From Chryseobacterium gleum (GTDB lineage: Bacteria; Bacteroidota; Bacteroidia; Flavobacteriales_D; Sanyastnellaceae), in assembly GCA_945883885.1 (NCBI GenBank), contig CAMCYM010000001.1, forward strand, positions 1 through 34,044: a stretch of 34,044 nt of DNA. Direction: 5' to 3'. Position 1 is the first letter of the stretch. Every line of letters starts with the position of its first letter. Of the stretch, positions 1 through 7,722 are shown one piece after another. A program made the translations under genes and the position numbers. The notes below the pieces were generated by a model that worked only from the letters and a program-made list of their open reading frames with translations, made no database searches and was not told where the DNA came from.

Positions 1-1
1 G

Positions 2-994
2 GAGTCCATCTTCACCTCGACGCGCTACCTGCTGATGTTCACGCTCGACCGCGAGGACGGGGTCACGTCGGTGAACGAGAACTTCCGCGAGGTGTTCGCA
101 CAGCGGTTCGGGGTGGAGGTCACGGTGGGGATGAGGTTCCTCGAGGTGCTGCGGTACCGCGCGGCGGCGGAGCACTACCAAGGCCAGCACCACCTGTTCG
201 AGCGCGCCTTCGATGGCACGGCGCAGCAGTTCGAGTGGGCGCTCGAGGATTTGGCGGGGGAGACGGTTTGGTTCCAAATGTTCGTCAACCCCATCCGCTC
301 GGACGACGCCCGTTCGGAGGTCAGCTGCATCGCCTACGACATCACCGAGCGCAAGGAAATGGAGGTCCAAATCCGCAGCGCGCTGAAAGAGAAGGAGGTG
401 CTGCTGCAGGAAGTGCACCACCGCGTCAAGAACAACCTGCAGGTGATTTCGAGCATGCTCAACCTGCAACGGCGCTTTGTGGCGGACCCCGGCCTGCTCC
501 AGGTCCTCGAGGAAAGCCAAAACCGCATCGCGACCATGAGCTTCATCCACGAGTCGCTGTACCGCGCCACGGATTTCAGCTCCATCGGCTTCTCCGAATA
601 CCTGCAGCGTCTCGCCGGCAACCTCATGACGAGCTACGCCCGGCGCGATTGCCGCATCGAGCTCAAGACGGACCTCGCTCCGGTCTTTCTCAAACTCGAC
701 CAGGCGATTCCCTGTGGTCTCATCGTCAACGAGTTGCTGTCGAATGCGATGAAATACGCGTTTCTCGGGCGGAGCGAAGGGGTGGTGACGTTGCGGGTGG
801 CGTCGATGGGGGGCCGGGTGGACATCGAGGTGCGCGATGACGGGGTGGGGTTGCCGGCGGGGTTTGACGCAAAGTCCAGCGACAGCCTGGGCATGTACCT
901 CGTGCAGGCGTTGACCGAGCAGCTCGACGGGGAGCTCAAGATCGGGGAGGGTCCGGGGAGCTCTTTTTTGGTTAGCTTTACCCCGCCCACTTAA
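2..994 (+). CDS. Soluble PAS-domain sensor histidine kinase, HisKA_2 (subgroup-2/HWE-like) type; 5' end probably outside the window
   Basis: The frame is open from nt 2 (ESIFTSTRYLL precedes the first Met at 35). A PAS-like N-terminal part ends around AYDITERKEME. It is followed by the H-box HHRVKNNLQVISSMLNLQ, the N-box NELLSNAMKYAF, and DDGVGLP / GMYLV G-boxes. No TM segment is seen. Confidence 0.85.
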   Translation, partial: ESIFTSTRYLLMFTLDREDGVTSVNENFREVFAQRFGVEVTVGMRFLEVLRYRAAAEHYQGQHHLFERAFDGTAQQFEWALEDLAGETVWFQMFVNPIRSDDARSEVSCIAYDITERKEMEVQIRSALKEKEVLLQEVHHRVKNNLQVISSMLNLQRRFVADPGLLQVLEESQNRIATMSFIHESLYRATDFSSIGFSEYLQRLAGNLMTSYARRDCRIELKTDLAPVFLKLDQAIPCGLIVNELLSNAMKYAFLGRSEGVVTLRVASMGGRVDIEVRDDGVGLPAGFDAKSSDSLGMYLVQALTEQLDGELKIGEGPGSSFLVSFTPPT

Positions 995-1003
995 GTATCT
1001 GTC

Positions 1004-1753
1004 ATGGCCATCAACATATTAGTCACCGAGGACGAGAGCATTGTCCGGAAAGACATCGAGCGTTGCCTCGTCAACCTCGGCTACAACGTGGTGGCCAGCG
1101 CAGACAACGGCGAGGACGCCATTAATTTGGCCCTCAAGCACAAGCCGGACCTCGCCCTGATGGACATCATGATCAAAGGTGAGATGAACGGCATCGCGGC
1201 GGCCGAGGAGATCAAGCGCAACATCGACATTCCCGTGGTGTTCTTGACGGCGTACGCGGACGAGAACACGCTGAACGAGGCGAAGATGGCGGAGCCGCAT
1301 GGCTACATCCTGAAGCCGTTCAAGGACGTGGACATCCAAACCGCCATCGAGATGGCCCTGCACAAGCACAGCAAGGAGCAGGAGCTGAAGATGGAGAGCG
1401 AGTTTCTGCGCAGCCTCGCCGAGCACAAGGTCGATGCGGACGTCATCTTTGTGAAGAACCGCAGCAAGTTCGTGCGCGTGAAAAACGACGATTTGCTCTT
1501 CGTCGAAGCGTTGAAGGACTACGTGGTCGTGCACACCCGCAAGGAGAGCTACACGATCCACAGCACCATGAAGGACGTGGAGCAGAAGCTCAATCCGCGC
1601 CTGTTCGTGCGGGTGCACCGCAGCTTTATCGTGAACCTCGAGGCCATCGAGAGCATCAAGTATGCGATGATCCAAATGGAGGGCATGGAGAAGGAAATCC
1701 CCGTCGGCGGATCGTACAAAGACCTCCTCGCACAGCGCATCAATTTGCTCTGA
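1004..1753 (+). CDS. LytTR/AlgR-family response regulator (CheY receiver + LytTR DNA-binding domain)
   Basis: Receiver motifs are present: ILVTEDE, acceptor Asp in DLALMDIMI, LTAY, ILKPF. The C-terminal LytTR block is FVKNRSKFVRVKNDDLLFVEALKDYVVVHT...VHRSFIVNLEAI. The ATG lies 9 nt after the kinase stop. Confidence 0.9.
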   Translation: MAINILVTEDESIVRKDIERCLVNLGYNVVASADNGEDAINLALKHKPDLALMDIMIKGEMNGIAAAEEIKRNIDIPVVFLTAYADENTLNEAKMAEPHGYILKPFKDVDIQTAIEMALHKHSKEQELKMESEFLRSLAEHKVDADVIFVKNRSKFVRVKNDDLLFVEALKDYVVVHTRKESYTIHSTMKDVEQKLNPRLFVRVHRSFIVNLEAIESIKYAMIQMEGMEKEIPVGGSYKDLLAQRINLL

Positions 1754-1756
1754 GCC

Positions 1757-2194
1757 GTGGGTGTGCGGCTGGCTGGCTGGGCGGCCGCAATCGGCCTGTT
1801 CCTCCTTCCGTCGAGTGCCGCCTCCCAGGCGACGACTTCCTGTTTGTTTCGGAATCCGCTGTGTTTTTACGACATGGACGTGCTGAGCTATGTGCATGTC
1901 TTGCTGCGGCACCAAAACCACGAACAAGCGGCGGCATTTTTTTACGGACCAGCTCGGGATGCATGGGGCGCAGCGGGGATTGCTGACCGCCTCGCGGCGT
2001 GCGAAACCGTCTCGGGCACAAGGCGTGTAGGGCTGAAGGAGCTTGAGCGTGACAAGCGGTGGTCGCTCACGTACGAGCGCACTGTGCTCGGAACCACCTC
2101 GACGTTCAAACTGACGTGCGCACTTGTCAACGACACCTGCCGCATCTACGTGGACGAGGCCGCCTGGGCGCGGCTCTTTCCACCCACGCCCTGA
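1757..2194 (+). CDS. Hypothetical small secreted protein (GTG start, signal-peptide-like N-terminus, five Cys)
   Basis: The ORF starts 3 nt after the regulator stop. The N-terminus LAGWAAAIGLFLLPSSAASQA looks like a signal peptide, and third-codon positions are mostly G/C. I recognise no family. It overlaps the convergent ORF 2146-2406 by 49 nt, so one of the two may be spurious. Confidence 0.4.
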   Translation: MGVRLAGWAAAIGLFLLPSSAASQATTSCLFRNPLCFYDMDVLSYVHVLLRHQNHEQAAAFFYGPARDAWGAAGIADRLAACETVSGTRRVGLKELERDKRWSLTYERTVLGTTSTFKLTCALVNDTCRIYVDEAAWARLFPPTP

Positions 2195-2406
2195 ACTACT
2201 TCGCGATGTGCAGCATCGCCCGGCGCGAAGGCCGAGGCGTCTACCGTAGCTTGAGACTGCACTGCCCGCTCGGTGGCCATTCTGCGGAAAGTGGCATCGG
2301 TGAGCCGGTGGGTTTCGGCGTTCAGGTGCCAGTGCTGGGGCAGGGTTTGGGCCGTTGCCGCAGCCGGTGCAGCCAGGGCACACGCCCACAGGAGGAGGTT
2401 CTTCAT
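2146..2406 (-). CDS. Hypothetical small exported protein, or the N-terminal remnant of a longer exported protein
   Basis: An internal ATG at 2406 gives MKNLLLWACALAAPAAATAQ, a typical Bacteroidota signal peptide. GC3 falls off in the last third of the ORF, and the 3' end overlaps ORF 1757-2194. Confidence 0.3.
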   Translation of the reverse strand: MKNLLLWACALAAPAAATAQTLPQHWHLNAETHRLTDATFRRMATERAVQSQATVDASAFAPGDAAHREVVQGVGGKSRAQAASST

Positions 2407-2455
2407 ATCAAGCAGGCGGTTTGCTCGGTGGGGACGCCGGCGGCAGGCCAAACGT

Positions 2456-2788
2456 TTAACGCGCGCCATGTTTTTCTCCCGGGTGTTGCTCTTGCTGGAA
2501 AACGGGTTCCGGGAGGCCGTGTTTCCGAGTGAGTGAGATCATATCCAGCGTACCTGTTCCGGCTTTTTCGATGAGACGAACCAGGTACATGGGCTCCGCA
2601 AGGAGGGGGTTGCGCGGAATGGACGCATGCGGTCGTCTCAAATCGATAAGCGGAAGCTCCGGTGGGAATTCCCCCGGATTCCAAACTTCAAGCCGGTCAG
2701 AGAACAAGGATACCTGGACGCTGCTGATGAAGATTCGGGCCATGGTGGCCGCAAAAATCTTCGGCCGGCCGGCTGGGCATACGCCCAC
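2456..2788 (-). pseudogene. 3'-terminal fragment of an AAA_4/HATPase_c_4 ('RecG-like' / AlbA_2-type) putative ATP-dependent DNA-binding protein
   Basis: Residues from about nt 2719 downward read VQVSLFSDRLEVWNPGEFPPELPLIDLRRPHASIPRNPLLAEPMYLVRLIEKAGTGTLDMISLTRKHGLPEPVF. This is the conserved C-terminal module of roughly 450-500 aa proteins (RLEIWSPG...RNPLIAE...IEKWGTGI...GLPEPEF). The sequence upstream of 2719 shows no similarity and runs into the tRNA terminator, so the N-terminal ATPase part is missing. Confidence 0.65.
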
Positions 2789-2819
2789 TTTGCAAGTGAA
2801 TCCGGAGAATTTGCAAACG

Positions 2820-2849
2820 AAAAAGGGCCGCTCCCGAAGGTGCGGCCCC
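2820..2849 (-). terminator. Rho-independent terminator downstream of tRNA-Asn
   Basis: The minus strand reads GGGCCGC-A-CC-UUCG-GG-A-GCGGCCC followed by UUUUU. This is a 7+2 bp stem with a UUCG tetraloop and a U5 tail, starting 11 nt after the tRNA 3' end. Confidence 0.8.
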
Positions 2850-2859
2850 TGCAGTTGAG

Positions 2860-2933
2860 CTCCCCCTGCTGGACTTGAACCAGCGACCCTCTGATTAACA
2901 GTCAGATGCTCTAACCAGCTGAGCTAAGGAGGA
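2860..2933 (-). tRNA. tRNA-Asn (anticodon GUU), 74 nt, CCA not encoded
   Basis: The reverse complement is TCCTCCTTAGCTCAGCTGGTTAGAGCATCTGACTGTTAATCAGAGGGTCGCTGGTTCAAGTCCAGCAGGGGGAG. It folds as a cloverleaf: 7-bp acceptor stem with one G-U, D-arm GCTC/GAGC, anticodon stem TCTGA/TCAGA with loop CTGTTAA, and T-arm GCTGG/CCAGC with loop TTCAAGT. Confidence 0.95.
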
Positions 2934-3009
2934 ATGTTTCGGGCGGCAAGTATAACGAATTTTCTGAGCGGGAATACGGAGCCCCACGGAAAAAGGTTGC
3001 GGTGCGGAG

Positions 3010-3017
3010 TACTTTTG
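3010..3017 (+). promoter_or_regulatory. Candidate Bacteroidota sigma-A -7 box (TACTTTTG = TAnnTTTG) for the PfkB kinase gene
   Basis: An exact TAnnTTTG match ends 21 nt upstream of the ATG at 3039. No convincing -33 TTTG lies at the usual spacing. Confidence 0.4.
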
Positions 3018-3038
3018 GTCCCCACAAATCCCCTTCCC

Positions 3039-3950
3039 ATGTCCTTGATTACGGTCGGTACGGTCGCCTTTGATGCCATTGAAACGCCCTTCGGGTCGTC
3101 CGGCCGGGTGGTGGGTGGTGCGGCGTCGTACATCGCCCTTGCGGCCAGCCACTTCGTTCCGCAACAGCACCTGGTGTCGGTAGTGGGCGGCGATTTTCCG
3201 CAGGACTTTCTCGACGGGCTGGAGGCGCGTGGGGTGGAGCTCGGGGGGCTCGAGCGGCGGGCGGGGGAGCGGAGTTTTTTTTGGTCCGGCAAATACCGCT
3301 GGGACATGAACAGCCGGGATACGCTCGCGACGGAACTCAACGTGCTGGCGGACTTTGAGCCGCGTGTGCCCGTGGCGGCCCGGCGCCCGGACGTGGTGAT
3401 GCTCGGCAACCTCGATCCGCGGGTGCAGGCGTCGGTGCTCGACCAGCTCGAGATGCGGCCGCGCCTGGTAGTGATGGACACGATGAATTTTTGGATGGAC
3501 ATCGCGCTCGACGGCCTCCACGCGGTGCTCAAGCGGGTGGATGTGCTGACCGTCAACGACGAAGAGGCGCGCCAACTCAGCGGCGAGCACAGCCTCGTGA
3601 AGGCGGCCCGCGCCATCCGCGCCCTCGGCCCGAAGACGGTGGTGATCAAGAAGGGGGAACACGGGGCGCTGCTGTTCAGCGGCGACGAGGTGTTCGTGGC
3701 GCCCGCGCTGCCGCTCGAAGACGTGGTCGACCCGACCGGGGCGGGGGATTCCTTTGCGGGCGGCTTCGTCGGTTACCTCGCCGCCGCGGGGGACAGTTCG
3801 TTCGCGGCGATGCGGCGGGCGGTGGTGGCGGGGTCGGCCTGTGCCTCGTTCACGTGCGAAGCGTTCGGGACGGCGCGGCTCGAGGAAGTGACGCGGGAGG
3901 AGGTGGATGCTCGGATTCAGACGCTTACGGCGCTGGTCGCGACGGCCTGA
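3039..3950 (+). CDS. PfkB/ribokinase-family carbohydrate kinase
   Basis: The ORF opens at 2934, but that start abuts the tRNA. The ATG at 3039 gives MSLITVGTVAFDAIETPFG, a typical N-terminus for this family. The signature DPTGAGDSFAGGF (the DTxGAGD anion-hole motif) is present near the C-terminus. Confidence 0.85.
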   Translation: MSLITVGTVAFDAIETPFGSSGRVVGGAASYIALAASHFVPQQHLVSVVGGDFPQDFLDGLEARGVELGGLERRAGERSFFWSGKYRWDMNSRDTLATELNVLADFEPRVPVAARRPDVVMLGNLDPRVQASVLDQLEMRPRLVVMDTMNFWMDIALDGLHAVLKRVDVLTVNDEEARQLSGEHSLVKAARAIRALGPKTVVIKKGEHGALLFSGDEVFVAPALPLEDVVDPTGAGDSFAGGFVGYLAAAGDSSFAAMRRAVVAGSACASFTCEAFGTARLEEVTREEVDARIQTLTALVATA

Positions 3951-3953
3951 ACG

Positions 3954-4904
3954 TCAGTCTTCCGGAACGCTCGACGCCGGGAGCCAAGTCTTCGGGTTGA
4001 GCGGCGAGCCGTCGACCCACCACTCGAAATGGCAATGGGGCCCGGTGGAGAGGCGGCCGGTGTTGCCGATGACGGCAATGGGGTCGCCCGCGCGCACACG
4101 GTCGCCGGTGGTGTGTAGCAGCGAGGCGTTGTGCTGGTACACGGAAGTGCGGTTGCGGGCGTGTTGCAGGATGACCGTGTAGCCGCCGTCGACGGTGAAG
4201 CCGGCGAAGAGCACCGTGCCGTCGTCTGCGGCGTGGACGAGGGAGCCCGCCGGGGCGACGAAGTCGATGCCGTAGTGGCCGGCGGCGGCGTCGAAGCCCG
4301 CGGAGACCGTGCCGTCGACCGGGAGGAAGGGGATGCCGCGGTCGGAGCGGTCGGCGAACCGTTTGCGGTCCAGAGCGTAGCGGTCTTCGCGGGCGATTTG
4401 GTTGCGCAGCGCGGTATCGGCGGTGCTGAGGGCGCCCACGCGGTCGAGCAACGCCTCCATGCCCGCCGCCTCTTCGGCAGACACGGTGTCGGGCCGCACG
4501 CCCGAGGCGCGGTCGTCGCCTTCCGGGAGGTCGCCGGAGAAGATGCGCCGGAGGTTTGCCAAATACGCTTCCTGCTGCACGAGGTCGGCCTCCAACTTGT
4601 CCGCGTCGGCCCGCGCCGTCGCCGCAGCGGCACGGGCGTCCTCCGCTAAATACCCCGGCACCAGCGCTTCACGCAGGGGCGTCCGGGCGACCACAAAGTA
4701 GGTCAACAGCACCACGGCGGCCACGGACCCCGCAAGCCCCAGCACCACCCCGCCTCGTGTCACCGGAAGCTGCCACCGCTCGGAGAACGTGAACTCCTCG
4801 TGCAGCGTCAGGCGGAACGCCGCGTTCCACCAGCGCACAAAGGCCCGGTACGAACGCAGCGACCGGAGCCGTCGCCGCAGCGGGTGCACTTTTCGCCGTT
4901 CCAC
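3954..4904 (-). CDS. M23-family (LytM-type) metallopeptidase with N-terminal membrane anchor and coiled-coil
   Basis: The C-terminal domain carries HYGID (HxxxD) and GPHCHFEW (HxH). A TM segment GGVVLGLAGSVAAVVLLTYFVV is followed by a coiled-coil. The ORF is open up to 5411, but that extension overlaps the divergent gene. No ATG is available, so I place the start at GTG 4904 (alternative GTG 4889). The start is uncertain. Confidence 0.8.
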   Translation of the reverse strand: MERRKVHPLRRRLRSLRSYRAFVRWWNAAFRLTLHEEFTFSERWQLPVTRGGVVLGLAGSVAAVVLLTYFVVARTPLREALVPGYLAEDARAAAATARADADKLEADLVQQEAYLANLRRIFSGDLPEGDDRASGVRPDTVSAEEAAGMEALLDRVGALSTADTALRNQIAREDRYALDRKRFADRSDRGIPFLPVDGTVSAGFDAAAGHYGIDFVAPAGSLVHAADDGTVLFAGFTVDGGYTVILQHARNRTSVYQHNASLLHTTGDRVRAGDPIAVIGNTGRLSTGPHCHFEWWVDGSPLNPKTWLPASSVPED

Positions 4905-4991
4905 CGGCCAAATATCGGCGAAACCCGCGGGAGGCGGGAAATCACCGCGGGAATGGAATAAATTAGCCGGCTGCGCGTTAGCGTACCGACC

Positions 4992-7682
4992 ATGCGACAG
5001 TTCCGAAGTGCGATGCGCCCTGGCTGGGTGGGGGTGGGGTTGATGTTGCTCGCCGTGGCGGGCGGCACCTCGTGCTCGCGCACCCGGGACGGCCGCCTGT
5101 ACCGGGTGTACCACAACATGCACGCCCGCTACAACGGATTCTTCTATGCCACCGAGGCGATGGATGAGGCGGACGAGAAGCTGCGCGAGGGCTACGAAGA
5201 GAACTGGGACGAGGTCCTGCCCATCTTCTTCACGGTGGATACGGCGACGGCGAAGGAGGTGTACCCCCTGCTGGAGAAAGCCATCGAGAAGTGCTCGAAG
5301 GTGGTGGACAAGCACACGATGGCGCCGTCGGCCCGCGACAAGAAGGAGTTCAAGCGCCCCGAGCTGAACAAGTGGATCGACAACAACTACGACCTCATCG
5401 CGCGGGCGCACCTGATGAAAGGGCAGGAGGAAAAAGCCGTCGAGGTGTTCCAGTACCTCGCCCGCACGCTGGAGTATCCGGAAGGGCAGGCGTGGTCAAA
5501 CGCTTGGCTGGCGCGGTCGTACATGGCGATGGACGACCAGGTGCGCGCGAGCAATGCCCTCGGTAAGGCGGTGGGTGTGGACGGGGTGGAGGACCCGGAG
5601 GTGAGCGCGTTTGTGTACCAAGTGTACGCCGCCTACTACCTGCAGTACAACGACCCCGAGCGCGCCGTGTCCCGGCTGGAGCAGGCCCTGGAGTACCTCC
5701 CGAAGAAGGGGGCTGAGCGCGCGCGGACGCTGTTCATCCTGGCGCAGTGCTTGGAAAGTTTGGGCCGAGCGAGCGAGGCCATCGACCGCTACCAGCAGGT
5801 CGTCGCTTTGCGCACGCCCTACGAAATGGAGTTCTACGCGAAGATCAAGCAGGCGATGGCCTTCGACCGGCGCGGCGGCAACAGCGCCCCCATCGTCTTG
5901 CTGCTCGAGGAGATGCTCGCGGACGACAAGAACGAGATTTATCAGGACCAAATCTACTACGCCCTCGCCGTGCTGGCCCTCGAAGAACGCCGGCGCGACG
6001 ACACCTTCGGGCTCCTGAAATCCTCGCTTGCCGCGAATTCGGACAACACCCGCCAGCGGATGAAGAGCTACCTCATGCTGGGCGACCTGTACATGGACGA
6101 GCTCGACTACCTGAATGCCCAAGCGTACTACGACAGCGCGCGGACCTTCATGGACGACGACCACGAGCGGTTCGACGAGGTAGACGCCCTGGCCGAGTCC
6201 TTGTCCGACCTCGTTGCGAACTTGAAGGTCATCGAGGAACAGGACAGTTTGCTGGCCCTGTGCGACCTCGGCGAAGACGAGCGGCGCGCGCGGATTCGCG
6301 AAATCCGGGAGCAGCTAGAGGCCGAGGCGGAAGCGCGGAGGAAGGCGTTGGAGGCGGCCATCGCGGCGGAGGCGGATGCGGCGGGAGATGCGGGGACGGG
6401 GATGTTTTGGCCTTACAACGCCCAACTGCGTGTGAGCGGCCGCCGCAACTTCAAGGACTACTGGGGCGATCGGCCGCTGGAGGACCACTGGCGCCGCTCG
6501 AACAAGCTCCAAATCATCTTCACGGAAGAGGCCCCTGTGGACTCGGCTGCGACTGCGGATTCCGGCGAACCGGCGGCCGTGCAGTCCGGCGGGCTCGCGA
6601 GCGAAGAAGAGATGTTCGCTTCGTTGCCCTGCGGCGAGGCGGCGCGCGACTCCAGCGAGGCGAAGATTGCACAGGCGTACTACCAGGCCGGCATCGTTTA
6701 CAAGGAGCAACTCGACGACCCGGAGAATGCCATCGAGAGCTGGAAGTCGCTGGTCTATCGGTTTGAGGAAAGCGCCGTGCACCCGACGGCCTACTACCAG
6801 CTGTACCGCACGTACCTGCAGCGCGAAGTCGAGGAGAATTTCTCCAGCCCGTTCTGCGAGGACTGCAATTCGGAGTTTTGGGCGGCGCGCGTGGTGGAGC
6901 GCTATCCCGACAGCGAATGGGCCATCCTCGTGGAGAACCCGGACTACGCCGACAAGGAGGAGGTGCGCCGCCAAACCGAGCGCGCAGCCTACGAAGCCCT
7001 GCTCGCCCGCTACTACGCGAAGGCCTACGTCGAAGTCATGCGCGAAACCGAGCGCATCATCGCCGCGGAACCGGAGAATTACTACCTCTGCAAACACCGC
7101 ATCCTGCGCGCGCAGGCCTTCGCCGGCAGCATCTCCGGCACCGGGGCGGACCGCGGGCAGTACTTCCAAGCGTTGAACGACGTGATCAAAGGGTGTCCGG
7201 ACACGGAGGAGGCGACTTTCGCGCAGGAGCTGCTCGACCTGCTCGGGGCTCCGCGGGAGAAGGAACCCGAAGCGGTGGTGGTCGAGGAGACGCCGGACGA
7301 GGAGCTGTTCGTCCACAAGCCGTACCTGGAGCACTACTTCGCCATCGTGGTGCCGGTGGGCCGGGGCAATGTGGAATCGGTGCGCGCGAAGGTGGCGGAC
7401 TTCAACACGAAGTTCTACCGGTCGGAATCGCTGCGGGTCACGGCGAATTTGATCGACAAGAACCACCAAATCATCCTCGTCAAGAGCTTCAAGCGCCAGG
7501 ACTACAGCCTCGACTACTACACGACGTTCACGACGAATACGGCGGAGCTTGCGGCGCTCAACACATCGGGGTATCCGATGTTTGTGATCACCAGCGAGAA
7601 CTATGTTAACCTGTTCAGGTCGAAGAAGATAGACGCCTACATCGAATTCTTCAACGCCAAGTATTTAACAGAAGGACGTTGA
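4992..7682 (+). CDS. porW: Large TPR-repeat lipoprotein, probably type IX secretion/gliding protein PorW/SprE
   Basis: A lipoprotein signal is present (LLAVAGGTSCS). It is followed immediately by YRVYHNMHARYNGFFYATEAMDEA, which matches my recollection of the conserved post-lipobox motif of PorW/SprE. Multiple TPR-like helices follow, then a central acidic/Ala-rich low-complexity linker and a conserved-looking C-terminal domain (HYFAIVVP...ILVKSF...MFVITSENY...FFNAKY). The family assignment comes from memory and is not searched. Confidence 0.55.
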   Translation: MRQFRSAMRPGWVGVGLMLLAVAGGTSCSRTRDGRLYRVYHNMHARYNGFFYATEAMDEADEKLREGYEENWDEVLPIFFTVDTATAKEVYPLLEKAIEKCSKVVDKHTMAPSARDKKEFKRPELNKWIDNNYDLIARAHLMKGQEEKAVEVFQYLARTLEYPEGQAWSNAWLARSYMAMDDQVRASNALGKAVGVDGVEDPEVSAFVYQVYAAYYLQYNDPERAVSRLEQALEYLPKKGAERARTLFILAQCLESLGRASEAIDRYQQVVALRTPYEMEFYAKIKQAMAFDRRGGNSAPIVLLLEEMLADDKNEIYQDQIYYALAVLALEERRRDDTFGLLKSSLAANSDNTRQRMKSYLMLGDLYMDELDYLNAQAYYDSARTFMDDDHERFDEVDALAESLSDLVANLKVIEEQDSLLALCDLGEDERRARIREIREQLEAEAEARRKALEAAIAAEADAAGDAGTGMFWPYNAQLRVSGRRNFKDYWGDRPLEDHWRRSNKLQIIFTEEAPVDSAATADSGEPAAVQSGGLASEEEMFASLPCGEAARDSSEAKIAQAYYQAGIVYKEQLDDPENAIESWKSLVYRFEESAVHPTAYYQLYRTYLQREVEENFSSPFCEDCNSEFWAARVVERYPDSEWAILVENPDYADKEEVRRQTERAAYEALLARYYAKAYVEVMRETERIIAAEPENYYLCKHRILRAQAFAGSISGTGADRGQYFQALNDVIKGCPDTEEATFAQELLDLLGAPREKEPEAVVVEETPDEELFVHKPYLEHYFAIVVPVGRGNVESVRAKVADFNTKFYRSESLRVTANLIDKNHQIILVKSFKRQDYSLDYYTTFTTNTAELAALNTSGYPMFVITSENYVNLFRSKKIDAYIEFFNAKYLTEGR

Positions 7683-7709
7683 AAAGTCGCGGTTTTTTCG
7701 AAAGCCGAT

Positions 7710-7717
7710 TACTTTTG
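7710..7717 (+). promoter_or_regulatory. Candidate -7 box (TACTTTTG) upstream of the bactofilin/atp gene string
   Basis: An exact TAnnTTTG match ends 5 nt before ATG 7723 and 14 nt before ATG 7732. If it is used, the mRNA has a very short leader and the second ATG may be the real start. Confidence 0.4.
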
Positions 7718-7722
7718 CCGGC

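Noticed and set aside
1019-2389. 456-aa minus-strand ORF, opposite the LytTR regulator and downstream region
   Set aside because: It is the antisense shadow of a well-supported gene, with no motifs and an extreme Arg/Gly/Pro content. The same reasoning applies to 6315-7469(-), 9957-10743(-), 18528-19808(-), 20073-21062(+), 20888-22012(+), 22177-23163(+), 29816-30853(-), 30694-32199(-), 33272-34021(-) and 2895-3662(-).
1754-2860. Search for an att-like direct repeat of the tRNA-Asn 3' end (GGTTCAAGTCCAGCAGGGGGAG) that would delimit an integrated element
   Set aside because: No convincing copy was seen by eye between the regulator gene and the tRNA. The closest resemblance (around 2685-2695, aacttcaag) is too short. 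No integrase is present either.
3950-3954. Convergent PfkB and M23 genes end only 3 nt apart, with no room for a terminator
   Set aside because: Tight convergent gene ends are common in compact genomes. Any terminating structure would have to lie within coding sequence, and I cannot evaluate that by eye.
4924-4951. Two CCGCGGG palindromic cores 20 bp apart in the divergent M23/PorW spacer; TCCGCGGA also occurs in the spacers near 23140 and 28264
   Set aside because: CCGCGG-type hexamers are expected frequently by chance in DNA this GC-rich. There is no extended shared flanking motif. I regard this as not significant without comparative data.
4905-5411. 5' extension of the M23 peptidase ORF up to 5411
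   Set aside because: The extension overlaps the divergent lipoprotein gene and its promoter region and looks like shadow sequence (H/R/V-rich). The conserved N-terminal anchor region begins near 4900. The exact start (GTG 4904 or 4889) remains uncertain.
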